Counted from the stretch's first letter, positions 1-9,802 are shown. The stretch is 64,000 nt of DNA from an uncultured bacterium (GCA_964594545.1 CAZQNB010000003.1:18137-82136); one strand, 5' to 3'. Numbers and translations are program-made. The notes: generated by a model from the letters alone, not told the origin.

Positions 1-180
1 TCCTTCAGGGAGGCTCCGAAAATCATCTAAACCTAAAGAGATGTCTACTTCAATGGGACACCATGACTCGTAATATGTACCGAAACAACTTGAAGGAGAA
101 GATTCTCTCGTTTCTTTCGCGTACAAAAGATTTCCTAGGAGTAGTCCGCCAATAACAAGGGTAAAAATCTGTTTGCCCAT
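1..180 (-). CDS. partial CDS (5' end only, continues past window start): secreted hypothetical protein
   Basis: ATG at 180-178 on the minus strand opens MGKQIFTLVIGGLLLGNLLYAKE..., which has a signal-peptide-like N-terminus. All 60 codons to position 1 are open. It is too short in-window to appear in the ORF track. Confidence 0.35.
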   Translation of the reverse strand, partial: MGKQIFTLVIGGLLLGNLLYAKETRESSPSSCFGTYYESWCPIEVDISLGLDDFRSLPEG

Positions 181-249
181 CTCGTCCTCTCGATTCAAAA
201 AATAGATTCTAGATTAAAAAATATTTTTTTACTACTCTTGTGATCCTTT

Positions 250-1251
250 ATGTTTGGTCAATACCTGGTGATATCTTGCATGTTCTCGGCCGCCGTTGTT
301 GCAAACAGCTCCGCGATTGATATCGCTCAGGAGTCTCTCTGTCTTCGAAATATTCAGCAGGTAACATTTCCGTTCTTTGGGTTTGAAAGAGCCGGCGAAG
401 CCTATTTTTCCCCCGATGGAAATTCGATTATTTTTCAAGCCGTTCCGATGGGGCGTAAATATTATCAAATGTACACAATGAATTTGCGCGAAGGCATTCC
501 TACCCGGGTGAGCCCCGGATATGGGGGTTGCACATGCGGTTTTTATAAACCGGATGGGACGAAAATTCTTTTCGCATCAAGTCATGAATCTCCGTTCGCG
601 CTCGATGATACTTCTGCAAATATTTCAAATAGTTACTCTTGGGAACTTGTTCCTTATATGAATATTTATGAAGCAGATCTAGGCGGTGGGGCTTTACGCA
701 ATATTACCTTTGGATCCCCGTATCATGCAGAATGCGCTTATTCTCCGGATGGCAAGCAGATTGTTTATGCGAGCAATGAAAGTGGAAGCATGAATATCTA
801 CGTAGCTGATGTAGATGGATTCAATGTGAAACAGATCACATCTACACAAAATTGTTACAATGGAGGCCCCTTTTTTTCTCCTGACGGGCAGTGGATTGTC
901 TTTCGGGCTGATCGTAAAGAGCGAGATATGTTGCAGATTTTTATCATTCGTTCCGATGGCACGCAGGAAAGACAGCTAACAGATAACGATTGCGTAAATT
1001 GGGCCCCTTATTGGCATCCGAATGGGCGAATCATTGCCTATACTACATCGAAACATGGACACCATTGTTACCAAATATATTTATTAGATATAGAAACAGG
1101 TCAAGAATACCGTTTAACATATAGTGACACGTTTGAAGGTTTGCCCAGTTTTTCTCCTCAGGGCGATAAGATCGCCTGGACCTCCAAAAGAGGAGATGGC
1201 TCTTCTCAGGTTTTTATTGCAGATTTTTTTCTCCCACCTATAAAGGAATAA
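250..1251 (+). CDS. periplasmic PD40/WD40-like beta-propeller protein (TolB C-terminal-domain-like)
   Basis: 333-aa ORF with a hydrophobic N-terminus. It has recurring PD40 blades: YFSPDGNSIIF, YKPDGTKILF, YSPDGKQIVY, FFSPDGQWIVF, WHPNGRIIAY, FSPQGDKIAW. Confidence 0.75.
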   Translation: MFGQYLVISCMFSAAVVANSSAIDIAQESLCLRNIQQVTFPFFGFERAGEAYFSPDGNSIIFQAVPMGRKYYQMYTMNLREGIPTRVSPGYGGCTCGFYKPDGTKILFASSHESPFALDDTSANISNSYSWELVPYMNIYEADLGGGALRNITFGSPYHAECAYSPDGKQIVYASNESGSMNIYVADVDGFNVKQITSTQNCYNGGPFFSPDGQWIVFRADRKERDMLQIFIIRSDGTQERQLTDNDCVNWAPYWHPNGRIIAYTTSKHGHHCYQIYLLDIETGQEYRLTYSDTFEGLPSFSPQGDKIAWTSKRGDGSSQVFIADFFLPPIKE

Positions 1252-1253
1252 AG

Positions 1254-2801
1254 ATGAATGTTAGATGTTGTTTGATTCTTCTCGTGATTATGCAGATTTG
1301 TTATGGCCAATGTCCGCCATGTACCAATCAAACGGATTTCATTACGCAACCTCTTCAGGAAGATGCTCTTCCTTATCGAGTTCAACTCGAACAGGCGAAT
1401 TTTTCCCTCCCGGCAGCGCTCCATTCGTTTGCGTTTGCTGTCTATAAAGGAAATTGGTTGTTTATATCAGGGAGAACCAATGGATTGCATAACGTAAACA
1501 ATACCGATCCTGCCATAAATTCGTTTCCCGTATCTCAACAAAACACAATTGTATATGTATTTAATCCTCAAACATTAGAATCTTATTCTAGGTCAATTTA
1601 TGATCCGTCGGGAGAATTGACACAGTCTCAGATTGATTTATTGTCCGTTACGAATGCTTTGTTTTATCAGACAGCGGATAAGAAAACGTTATATCTCGTT
1701 GGAGGGTATGGGTTTGATACAGCAACACAGACAATGGGAACGAAACCTGCAGTAACAGCAATTGATATCCCGGGTCTTATTCAATGGGTCAAAAATCCGG
1801 CGCAAGGGAAAAGTGCAGCCTCTTGTCTTCGCACAGCTTTTCATCCTCTTTTACAATTAACAGGTGGAGTGATGTGGCAATCGGATCTACATCAACCATT
1901 TCTTCTTGCCTTCGGTCAAAATTTTGATGGGAACTACGTTGAGACTTCAAATGGTTCTTATTCTCAGCAAATTCGCCCGGTTCAAATTTTTGATAACGGG
2001 AAAAAAATATCGGTGCATGCCTATCTTCCGCCGGAACCGATAGCTACATATCGAAGAAGAGATTTAAACGTGGTTCCGATTGTAAAAAAGCAAGGCAAGG
2101 CGCTGACGATGTCTTATAGCGCATTGTCCGGAGTTTTTACGCCTGCGTTTAATAATGACAATCCCGGCGCTTGGACTGTTCCGATTGCAATAGACCCAAA
2201 TGGGAAATCGCGGATGCTCGATCCGAATGATCCAAATACGCTAGCCCAGGGGATGAATAACTACTCATGCGCAAATATGGGTTTGTATTCACAAAAATCT
2301 AACACCATGTATACCCTTTTGTTTGGAGGCATTAGCGGCGCAATCATTAGCGATGGATCTAATTGTAACACAGATCCGGATCCTCAAAATAATTGCTGCA
2401 CTGCGTGGGTACCTGCATCCGGAGATGTATTTACCGTGTGTTGTAATTTACCCTTTTCTAACGATATTACAACTGTTGAAATCGACTCGCAAGGCGTGTA
2501 TCGACAATATATAATGAGTGAAAAATACCCGATTATCCCTGTTACCCCCATTCCTTGTCCTGGGTATACTCCTCCGGGCAACACCCAGTTTTGGTTTGGA
2601 TCCAACTCAGCCTTTATCCCGCAAGATAACCTTCCGACCTATCCTAATGGGGTGATTGCATGGGATAAACTTAGTCAAAATCCGACCTTTGTTGGGTATA
2701 TTGTTGGAGGGATTGCGAGCACAATCACAGATACGAATTGCACAACAGATTCTCAAGCATCAAACTATGTGTTTAAGGTGACAATCATTCCTGCAAATTG
2801 A
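1254..2801 (+). CDS. secreted cysteine-rich hypothetical protein (possible kelch-like propeller)
   Basis: 515-aa ORF starting 3 nt after the upstream stop. Signal-like N-terminus MNVRCCLILLVIMQICYGQ. Cys pairs are present (NNCCTAWVP, TVCCNLPF), plus an LYLVGGYGFD kelch-like segment. No confident family assignment. Confidence 0.55.
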   Translation: MNVRCCLILLVIMQICYGQCPPCTNQTDFITQPLQEDALPYRVQLEQANFSLPAALHSFAFAVYKGNWLFISGRTNGLHNVNNTDPAINSFPVSQQNTIVYVFNPQTLESYSRSIYDPSGELTQSQIDLLSVTNALFYQTADKKTLYLVGGYGFDTATQTMGTKPAVTAIDIPGLIQWVKNPAQGKSAASCLRTAFHPLLQLTGGVMWQSDLHQPFLLAFGQNFDGNYVETSNGSYSQQIRPVQIFDNGKKISVHAYLPPEPIATYRRRDLNVVPIVKKQGKALTMSYSALSGVFTPAFNNDNPGAWTVPIAIDPNGKSRMLDPNDPNTLAQGMNNYSCANMGLYSQKSNTMYTLLFGGISGAIISDGSNCNTDPDPQNNCCTAWVPASGDVFTVCCNLPFSNDITTVEIDSQGVYRQYIMSEKYPIIPVTPIPCPGYTPPGNTQFWFGSNSAFIPQDNLPTYPNGVIAWDKLSQNPTFVGYIVGGIASTITDTNCTTDSQASNYVFKVTIIPAN

Positions 2802-2835
2802 TATAGTGCACTTCGTTATTTGAGGAGAGTGCGCA

Positions 2836-3702
2836 TTGAAGGGGATTATTTTAGCAGGAGGGAGCGGAACGAGACTTTCTCCCGTTACGATCGCTGTGTG
2901 TAAGCAGCTTCTGCCGATTTACGACAAACCGATGATTTATTATCCCTTGTCGATCTTGCTTATGGCAGGCATTCGAGAGGTTTTAATTATTTCAACACCG
3001 ATCGACATCCCTCGCTTTCAAACGCTATTTGGCGATGGATCCCAAATAGGAATTTCCATTGCGTATGCGGTGCAAGATCATCCCAAAGGTCTTGCTGAGG
3101 CCTTTATTATCGGGGAAAAGTTTTTGAATCATGAGCCTGTTGCCTTGATCCTTGGCGATAATATTTTTTATGGCCACGACCTGCCTGCGATCTTAAAGCA
3201 GGGGGTAGATATCAAGAGAGGCGGCCTTATTTTTGGATATCGGGTGAAAGACCCTCACCGGTATGGCGTTGTTGCTTTTGATCGGGACATGCGCGCGATT
3301 TCTATTGAAGAAAAACCTAAAAATCCGAAGTCATCCTATGTTGTTCCGGGTCTTTATTTTTATGGCCCTGAGGTAATTGATATTGCGAAATCATTACAAC
3401 CGTCGGAAAGAGGTGAGCTTGAGATCACCGATATCAATCAGATCTTTTTGCAAAAAGGAGAATTGCTCGTTCGTCTTTTAGAGCATGGGCATGCTTGGCT
3501 TGATACGGGAACGTTTGATTCTTTTCAAAAAGCGTCATCGTTTGTCCAAACAATCCAAGAAAGACAAGGGATTAAAGTCGCTTGTATTGAAGAAATTGCC
3601 TACAGAAAAGGGTATATCAATCATGGTCAATTAATGTCTTTGGCCGATCGCTATTCGAAAAATGAATATGGCCAGTATTTGCGCGATTTGCTTCCTCTAT
3701 AA
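2836..3702 (+). CDS. rfbA: glucose-1-phosphate thymidylyltransferase
   Basis: N-terminus MKGIILAGGSGTRLSPVT (G-x-G-T-R-L nucleotidyltransferase loop) and full-length RmlA-like sequence (LGDNIFYG, YGVVAFD, EITD). TTG start at 2836 preceded by GAGGAGAG. Confidence 0.92.
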   Translation: MKGIILAGGSGTRLSPVTIAVCKQLLPIYDKPMIYYPLSILLMAGIREVLIISTPIDIPRFQTLFGDGSQIGISIAYAVQDHPKGLAEAFIIGEKFLNHEPVALILGDNIFYGHDLPAILKQGVDIKRGGLIFGYRVKDPHRYGVVAFDRDMRAISIEEKPKNPKSSYVVPGLYFYGPEVIDIAKSLQPSERGELEITDINQIFLQKGELLVRLLEHGHAWLDTGTFDSFQKASSFVQTIQERQGIKVACIEEIAYRKGYINHGQLMSLADRYSKNEYGQYLRDLLPL

Positions 3703-3776
3703 ATTCCGCTTTCTTACCGAAAAAGCTGTGTTAAAATATTTTTTTAACATATAGTCCTCATTCCAAAAAGTAAAAA

Positions 3777-6700
3777 ATGGGGTGTCCTATGGAAAAAAGG
3801 GTTTTATCGTATTTTAGATACATCGCTCTCTTGGCGATGACGTTTGTTGTTCCTTCCGCAATTGCATCGGATATAGGGAACCATGACTCTCATCATTGTT
3901 CCACCGCTGTCAAGCTTTCAGGGCATGTCCCGGACGCAGTAAAAAATAATTGTCAATGTCTCGAATGTCTTGATGCCGATGAGTGTATTCCGATTACCTT
4001 TGTTTTACCTTTGCGAAATCAAGAAGATTTGGAGACGCTGATTCAACAAATTTACGATGTAAATAACAAAGATTCATATGGAAAATATTTAAGTGTAGAG
4101 GAATTTAATAAGAGATTCGCTCCGACGCAAGATGATTATGATAAAGTAATAGCTCATGCTCAAGAAATGGGTTTGGAAGTTGTTGGGATGCATGAAAATC
4201 GTATGTTGTTGAACACAAAGGGAGTCGTGGCGTCGATTCAGTCGGGATTTAATGTTCATTTACATACTTATCAACAACCGAATGGTAGCCAATTTTATGC
4301 TTCAGACGATGATCCTGAAGTTCCTTCTCATATAGCAAATGCAATTGGGGGGATTATTGGATTAGATAATTTTTCGAGAGGGAGAAGATATAGCTCTGTC
4401 AGTATGGAAAAAAATCAGGTAGAAGACGAAAATCCTGTCGTTTCGAGTAATCTCCGATTTCCAAGTGGTCCGGGAGGAGGTGTTTCTCCAATGGATCTTC
4501 GAAGAGCCTATAACCTCTCGAGTGTCAATCGGAGAGGTGCTGGCCAAAAGATCGGGATATTTGCCATGGGTGGATGTCAAGTAAGTGATATTCAGGTGTA
4601 TGCAGCTCAGTTTGGAATGCCAATCCCGAATTTGGTAGAGATTCTTGTGGATGGGGGGTCTGGGGATTCAAAAAATTTGGAAACCACATTAGATGTTCAA
4701 ATGGCTTTAGCTTTAGCTCCAGAAAGCCAGGTTTATATTTATCACGGACGAAATAATGTTCAAGGTATACTCAATACATACAATCGAATTGCTTCTGATA
4801 ATATAGTCAAACAAGTAAGTACCTCATGGGGATGGGTTGAGAGAGCTCCGGGATTGATCGTTTTGAATGCAGAGAATGCGATTTTTCAACAGATGGCAGC
4901 TCAGGGCCAGACGATGTATGCAGCCTCTGGAGATAAAGGTGCTTATGATCTTTATCCAAATATGGAACTGTCTATTCAAGACCCTGGATCTCAGCCCTAT
5001 GTAGTTGGTGTAGGAGGAACAACTCTTGCTTTCAATAATTCTACGGGAAATTATGGCTCTGAAATTGTTTGGAATTACGGTCCAGGATGGAGCAGCGGAG
5101 GAGGTGTCAGTAATATATGGCCTATCCCCTCTTGGCAGAAAGATATCCTAACGACATATTCAAAGACTCACCGGAACACTCCCGATGTGTCTTTAAATGC
5201 TGATGATTACTGTATTTATTATTTAGGTCAGTGGATTCTTGCTTATGGAACAAGTGCTGCAGCTCCTCTTTGGGCATCGTTTACAGCTCTTGTCAACGAA
5301 CAGCGTCAAGCTGTTGGATTACCCTCTTTAGGGTTTGCCAATCCAATATTTTATAAGGTGGGTAAATTATCCACTCAGGGAGCCTCTCCTTTTTATGACA
5401 TTACTTCGGGGGATAATTTATTTTACTCCGCGTCTAAAGGATATGATAACGCGACAGGATGGGGGAGCTTTAATGGAGCGAATTTATTAGCCGTTTTATC
5501 GTCTATTCCTAATGTAGCGATTTCTATCAATTCAACAAACTCTGTTGTAGCAGGGAATGTCAATGTTACAATCAATGCGACAGACTCTCTTATAGGTATT
5601 GAGCGTGTAGATTTTTATATTGATTCACAACTGATCAAAACCTCTACGACAACCCCTTATGGTGTTGATGTAAATACATCCACTCTAGAGGAAGGATCTC
5701 ATGTATTTAAAGCCGTAGGATATAATGTTATTGGGAGCTTTTCTTCGGCGACAAAGAGTGTGACTGTACATAACGGCGCTCCTTCTGTTGATTTTGTGAC
5801 ACCTGTAAATAATAGTCACGTTGCGGGGACGATCAATATCCAAGCAAACGCAGTGGATTCTGTAGCAGGAATCGATAGAGTAGAGTTTTATGTAGATTCT
5901 ACATTGATTGGACAAGCAGCAGCAGCACCTTATGAAGTCTCTTTTAACACTGGGGTTTTTTCAGATGGGCCTCATACTTTAAAAGGAGTAGCTTATAATT
6001 CATTGGGTACTTCTGCATCTACGATTCAGAGCGTGTCTATATATAACACAGCTCCTTCTGTTAATTTTGTTACTCCTGTAAATAATATTCATGTTGCGGG
6101 GACGGTCAATATCCAAGCAAACGCAGTTGATTCTGTCGTGGGGATGGCTCGGGTAGAATTTTATGTAGACTCTACATTGATTGGAACGGCAACAGATGCG
6201 CCTTATGCGGTCTCTTTGAATACAAAAGAGTTTTCAGACGGTTCTCATACGTTGAAAGCAGTCGCCTATAATAGATTGGGGACTTCTGCATCTACGATTC
6301 AGAGCGTGTCTATATATAACACAGCTCCGAGTGTTAGTTTTGCGGTTCCCGAGAATAACGCTAAGATTGCAGGGGTATTTAATATCACTGCCAATGGGGT
6401 TGATTCTGTCGTGGGGATGGCTCAGGTAGAATTTTATGTAGACTCTACATTGATTGGAACAGCAACAGATGCGCCTTATGCGGTCTCTTTGAATACAAAA
6501 GAGTTTTCAGACGGTTCTCATACGTTGAAAGCAGTCGCGTATAATAGATTGGGTACTTCTGCATCTACGATTCAGAACGTGTCTATATATAACACCGCTC
6601 CGAGTGTTAGTTTTACGGTTCCCGAGAATAACGCTAAGATTGCAGGGGTATTTAATGTCACTGCCAATGGGGTTGATTCTGTCGTGGGGATGGCTCGGGT

Positions 6701-7679
6701 AGAATTTTATGTAGACTCTACATTGATTGGAACGGCAACAGATGCGCCTTATGCGGTCTCTTTGAATACAAAAGAGTTTTCAGACGGTTCTCATACGTTG
6801 AAAGCAGTCGCGTATAATAGATTGGGTACTTCTGCATCTGCGATTCAGAACGTGTCTATATATAACACCGCTCCTGTCGTTACCTTTACTTCTCCTGCAA
6901 AGGATAGTAAGGTCGCAGGTCAGGTTTCCCTGGGGGCAAAAGTAGCTAGCTCTCCGGTAGGGATTACACGGGTAGAGTTTTATGTAGATTCTAAATTAGT
7001 GGGCACTTCTACAGTCTCTCCTTATGTAGTCAAATTAGATACGCGAAAGGTTGCAGATGGTTTACGTGTACTGAAAGCTGTCGCCTATAATTCTTTAGGA
7101 GTTTCCGGCGCAACTTCTCAGAATGTAACAATATACAATAAACCGCCGACATTGAGTCTTGCGCTTTCACCAAATACAAGAGAAGTAACCGGGATTCTCA
7201 AGATTTCTGCAAAAGCAACAGATGTTATGGGGATTGCGCGGGTCGATTTCTTTGCCGGGTCTTTATTAATAGGGACTGATACAAGCGCCCCTTACGGAGC
7301 CCAGATAGATACAACAACCTTGCCGAATGGTTCCTGTTCAATTAAGGCTGTTGCATATAATAAATTAGGGACAATGGCATCTGCGATAGTGAATGTGATT
7401 ATTGCAAATCCTTTGCCTTCGGTTATTTTTACTGCCCCAAAGAATGGGTCGAGTGTGACCGGGGTGATTAATCTGGCTGCAAATATCGTCGATCCTGCGG
7501 CAATTCAGCGGGTAGAATATTATGTAGACTCTGTACTCTACGAATCTACATCAGCGGCTCCTTTTCAAGTTAAATTAGACACATCAAAATTGTCGAAAGG
7601 AAAACACAATTTGACAGTGATTGTGTATAATTATAAAGGAACTTCTAGCAAAGAGGCGATAATAATAACTGTGATTTAA
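3777..7679 (+). CDS. secreted S53 (sedolisin/kumamolisin-type) serine-carboxyl peptidase with eight C-terminal Ig-like repeats
   Basis: Signal-like N-terminus and a pro-kumamolisin-type activation region. Catalytic-type motifs are ETTLDVQMALALAP, SGDKGAYD and YGTSAAAPLWAS (SGTSxxxP-like serine). These are followed by 8 units of about 91 aa. Confidence 0.85.
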   Translation: MGCPMEKRVLSYFRYIALLAMTFVVPSAIASDIGNHDSHHCSTAVKLSGHVPDAVKNNCQCLECLDADECIPITFVLPLRNQEDLETLIQQIYDVNNKDSYGKYLSVEEFNKRFAPTQDDYDKVIAHAQEMGLEVVGMHENRMLLNTKGVVASIQSGFNVHLHTYQQPNGSQFYASDDDPEVPSHIANAIGGIIGLDNFSRGRRYSSVSMEKNQVEDENPVVSSNLRFPSGPGGGVSPMDLRRAYNLSSVNRRGAGQKIGIFAMGGCQVSDIQVYAAQFGMPIPNLVEILVDGGSGDSKNLETTLDVQMALALAPESQVYIYHGRNNVQGILNTYNRIASDNIVKQVSTSWGWVERAPGLIVLNAENAIFQQMAAQGQTMYAASGDKGAYDLYPNMELSIQDPGSQPYVVGVGGTTLAFNNSTGNYGSEIVWNYGPGWSSGGGVSNIWPIPSWQKDILTTYSKTHRNTPDVSLNADDYCIYYLGQWILAYGTSAAAPLWASFTALVNEQRQAVGLPSLGFANPIFYKVGKLSTQGASPFYDITSGDNLFYSASKGYDNATGWGSFNGANLLAVLSSIPNVAISINSTNSVVAGNVNVTINATDSLIGIERVDFYIDSQLIKTSTTTPYGVDVNTSTLEEGSHVFKAVGYNVIGSFSSATKSVTVHNGAPSVDFVTPVNNSHVAGTINIQANAVDSVAGIDRVEFYVDSTLIGQAAAAPYEVSFNTGVFSDGPHTLKGVAYNSLGTSASTIQSVSIYNTAPSVNFVTPVNNIHVAGTVNIQANAVDSVVGMARVEFYVDSTLIGTATDAPYAVSLNTKEFSDGSHTLKAVAYNRLGTSASTIQSVSIYNTAPSVSFAVPENNAKIAGVFNITANGVDSVVGMAQVEFYVDSTLIGTATDAPYAVSLNTKEFSDGSHTLKAVAYNRLGTSASTIQNVSIYNTAPSVSFTVPENNAKIAGVFNVTANGVDSVVGMARVEFYVDSTLIGTATDAPYAVSLNTKEFSDGSHTLKAVAYNRLGTSASAIQNVSIYNTAPVVTFTSPAKDSKVAGQVSLGAKVASSPVGITRVEFYVDSKLVGTSTVSPYVVKLDTRKVADGLRVLKAVAYNSLGVSGATSQNVTIYNKPPTLSLALSPNTREVTGILKISAKATDVMGIARVDFFAGSLLIGTDTSAPYGAQIDTTTLPNGSCSIKAVAYNKLGTMASAIVNVIIANPLPSVIFTAPKNGSSVTGVINLAANIVDPAAIQRVEYYVDSVLYESTSAAPFQVKLDTSKLSKGKHNLTVIVYNYKGTSSKEAIIITVI
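5508..7676 (+). repeat. in-frame tandem array of eight 273-bp (91-aa) Ig-like units inside the S53 peptidase gene; units at 6048-6866 are nearly identical
   Basis: Unit boundaries at 5775, 6048, 6321, 6594 and 6867 are exactly 273 nt apart. Consensus: ..APSV.F..P.NN..(I/V)AG..N(I/V).AN.VDSV.G(I/M).RVEFYVDSTLIG....APY.V.(L/F)NT..FSDG.HTLK.VAYN.LGTSAS.IQ.VSIYN. Confidence 0.95.
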
Positions 7680-7686
7680 GAGAGAT

Positions 7687-7854
7687 TATACCGTTCGTAA
7701 TTGAAAAATCGGCGTTTGGACGGGTTCAAAGCGCCGAAAATCCATTAAAAAAAAGGGCATTGTATTAGGTCAATACTATGCCCTTTTTTTTTAATTGATT
7801 TATCGGCAGCTTTCACGCGGCTTAAATATGAATTTATTTGCTGCGTTTGGTATA
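7687..7854. repeat. palindromic TACC...GGTA repeat element (chimeric: family-A left arm, family-B right arm) with central bidirectional terminator-like hairpin
   Basis: The left arm tataccgttcgtaattgaaaaatcggcgtttggacggg matches the copies at 34934 and 52025. The right arm gatttatcggcagctttcacgcggcttaaatatgaatttatttgctgcgtttggtata matches 49808-49870. The centre is aaaaaaaagggcat...atgcccttttttttt. Confidence 0.9.
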
Positions 7855-7862
7855 ACTCGAGT

Positions 7863-8558
7863 TTAGAAATTTTCTATCGATTTTGTAAGCTTGTAGTGCT
7901 TTTCAATTCCTTCAGCAATTTCATCAGGATCATCAGATAAGTGGAAGAGCTCGAGATCTTTTTGCTTGATATTGTTGTGAGCAAGTGCGGTGTTTTTAAG
8001 CCAATCGAGGAGACCTTTCCAATAATCTTTTCCAACGAGATAAACGGGAAAAGGTTTGATTTTCTGTGTTTGGATTAGAGTGAGGGCTTCAAAAAGTTCA
8101 TCGAGTGTCCCGAAACCTCCCGGGAAAACAACAAATGCTTGGGCGTAGCGCACAAACATCACTTTTCGGATAAAGAAGTAGCGAAAATTGAGTTCGTATC
8201 TTTCGTCGATGTATGGATTTGGTTTGGATTCTGAAGGTAAATTAATGCAAAGGCCGCAGCTTTTTCCGCCCCCTTTTTGAGCCCCCTTATTGGCGCATTC
8301 CATAATGCCGGGACCGCCTCCTGTGATGACTCCAAATCCTTTGAGGACAATTTTTTCTGCGATTTTTTCTGTGAGGTCGTAATATTTACGGTCGATGGGG
8401 TTTTGGTTTGTGGAGCCAAATATGGCAACGGACGGGCCTAAGAAGGTCATTGTTTCAAAGCCGTCGACAAATTCGGAGATGATGCGGAAAAGGCGCCAGG
8501 AATCGAGGGAATGGGCATGTTTATGAGGTTTCATCAACTCTTCATCAAACTCATGCAT
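7863..8558 (-). CDS. LOG family protein (TIGR00730-type cytokinin riboside 5'-monophosphate phosphoribohydrolase-like)
   Basis: GGGPGIMEC and PGGFGTLDELFEALTLIQT motifs, typical of the LOG / lysine-decarboxylase-like family. Confidence 0.85.
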   Translation of the reverse strand: MHEFDEELMKPHKHAHSLDSWRLFRIISEFVDGFETMTFLGPSVAIFGSTNQNPIDRKYYDLTEKIAEKIVLKGFGVITGGGPGIMECANKGAQKGGGKSCGLCINLPSESKPNPYIDERYELNFRYFFIRKVMFVRYAQAFVVFPGGFGTLDELFEALTLIQTQKIKPFPVYLVGKDYWKGLLDWLKNTALAHNNIKQKDLELFHLSDDPDEIAEGIEKHYKLTKSIENF

Positions 8559-8576
8559 GCAACACCTCTTTTTTGG

Positions 8577-9488
8577 TTAAAATAGCCCTTTTGCAAACGT
8601 TCTGGCTCTTCTTTTAAGAGCGATTCGAGCTGTCTTCCCATAGGCTACTTCATGGAGATTTTCAATCGCTATGAAGGCGCTAGGATCTTCTCTGAGAACA
8701 ATTTCTTTTAGTTCAGCTAAATCAAGACGCTCGACGATAATGAACAAAATGTCTCTATCCTCTCCCGAATAGCCCCCTTTCCCTTTGATGAAGGTAAGGC
8801 CAAGGCCAAGCTCGAGCGTAATGATTTTGCTGAGCTTGTCCGGTTTAGAGCACATGATAAGGACCGATTTGAGTTCTTCAAGGCCGGCAATGACAAGATC
8901 CATCATTTTAAACGCGACAATGTAGGTCATCAGCGATCGAAGGGCGATATGCCAGTCGTTGAAGATCCATCCATAAGCTGTGAATACAAAGAAGTTGATG
9001 AACAAGATCACTTGTCCAACGGTAAACCCTTTTTTCTTATTGATGATGATCGCAAGGATTTCGGTGCCATCGATACAACCTCCGTGGCGGATGATCATTC
9101 CGGCACCGGCGCCCAGCATCGCACCACCGATCACAATGGCTTCGAGTTGATCTGCCCCAAAAGAAGGGATGGAGTCGAGTAATAGAAGAAAGACGGCAAA
9201 AAAGATGGTTGCAGCGAGCATGTTGATCACAAACGATCTGCGGATGTAGCGCCATGCGAGGAAGATGAAGGGGATGTTTAAGATTAAAAGGAAATACGAG
9301 AGGTATGACCAGCCATAGAGACGGGCTAAGATCATGGAGATACCGATGACTCCGCCGTCGATCAATTCGTTTGGGGTTAAGAAAATGCGGATAGCTAAAG
9401 CGGCTAAAAATGCACCCACAGCCATTCCAAAATAGGAAAACAGGTAGTCTATGAGGCGTTTTTGAGGATTTGAGGAATGATGCGGCAT
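8577..9488 (-). CDS. YitT-family membrane protein (DUF2179 C-terminal domain)
   Basis: Multi-pass membrane N-terminal part plus a soluble C-terminal domain, the YitT architecture. Start moved to the ATG at 9488 (MPHHSS...) because the longer ORF runs into tRNA-Asp. Confidence 0.7.
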   Translation of the reverse strand: MPHHSSNPQKRLIDYLFSYFGMAVGAFLAALAIRIFLTPNELIDGGVIGISMILARLYGWSYLSYFLLILNIPFIFLAWRYIRRSFVINMLAATIFFAVFLLLLDSIPSFGADQLEAIVIGGAMLGAGAGMIIRHGGCIDGTEILAIIINKKKGFTVGQVILFINFFVFTAYGWIFNDWHIALRSLMTYIVAFKMMDLVIAGLEELKSVLIMCSKPDKLSKIITLELGLGLTFIKGKGGYSGEDRDILFIIVERLDLAELKEIVLREDPSAFIAIENLHEVAYGKTARIALKRRARTFAKGLF

Positions 9489-9539
9489 ATTATCACTTAT
9501 TAACCTAAGTGCGACCTGAAAGTCAATTCTTATCAAGGT

Positions 9540-9613
9540 CGCGGGAGACGGGGCTCGAACCCGCAACTTCCGCCGTGACAGGGCGGCGCTCTAACCAATT
9601 GAACTACTCCCGC
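9540..9613 (-). tRNA. tRNA-Asp (GUC)
   Basis: The reverse complement gcgggagtagttcaattggttagagcgccgccCTGTCACggcgg...ttcgagccccgtctcccgcg folds as a cloverleaf. The anticodon loop is CT-GTC-AC. Confidence 0.92.
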
Positions 9614-9631
9614 ATCGAATTTTGTATATGT

Positions 9632-9704
9632 TGGGCGCAAAAGGACTCGAACCTATGACCACCTGTGTGTAAGACAGGCGCTCTACCAACTGAGCTATAC
9701 GCCC
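9632..9704 (-). tRNA. tRNA-Val (UAC)
   Basis: The reverse complement gggcgtatagctcagttggtagagcgcctgtCTTACACacagg...ttcgagtccttttgcgccca folds as a cloverleaf with anticodon TAC. Confidence 0.9.
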
Positions 9705-9802
9705 AAAAAACGAAGCACCATTCTATGCAATAGAGGAATTATTCTACAAGGGGTTTTTGAAGGGCTATAGAGAGAATAAAACTTTTTAGCTTATTTTTGG
9801 GG

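Noticed and set aside
5508-7676. Possible CRISPR array or non-coding VNTR because of the regular 273-bp periodicity
   Set aside because: The repeats are contiguous with no spacers, are in frame, and encode a conserved 91-aa Ig-like unit inside one long ORF.
8159-9255. Short alternative-frame ORFs inside the LOG and YitT genes
   Set aside because: They are nested in other frames or strands of well-supported genes.
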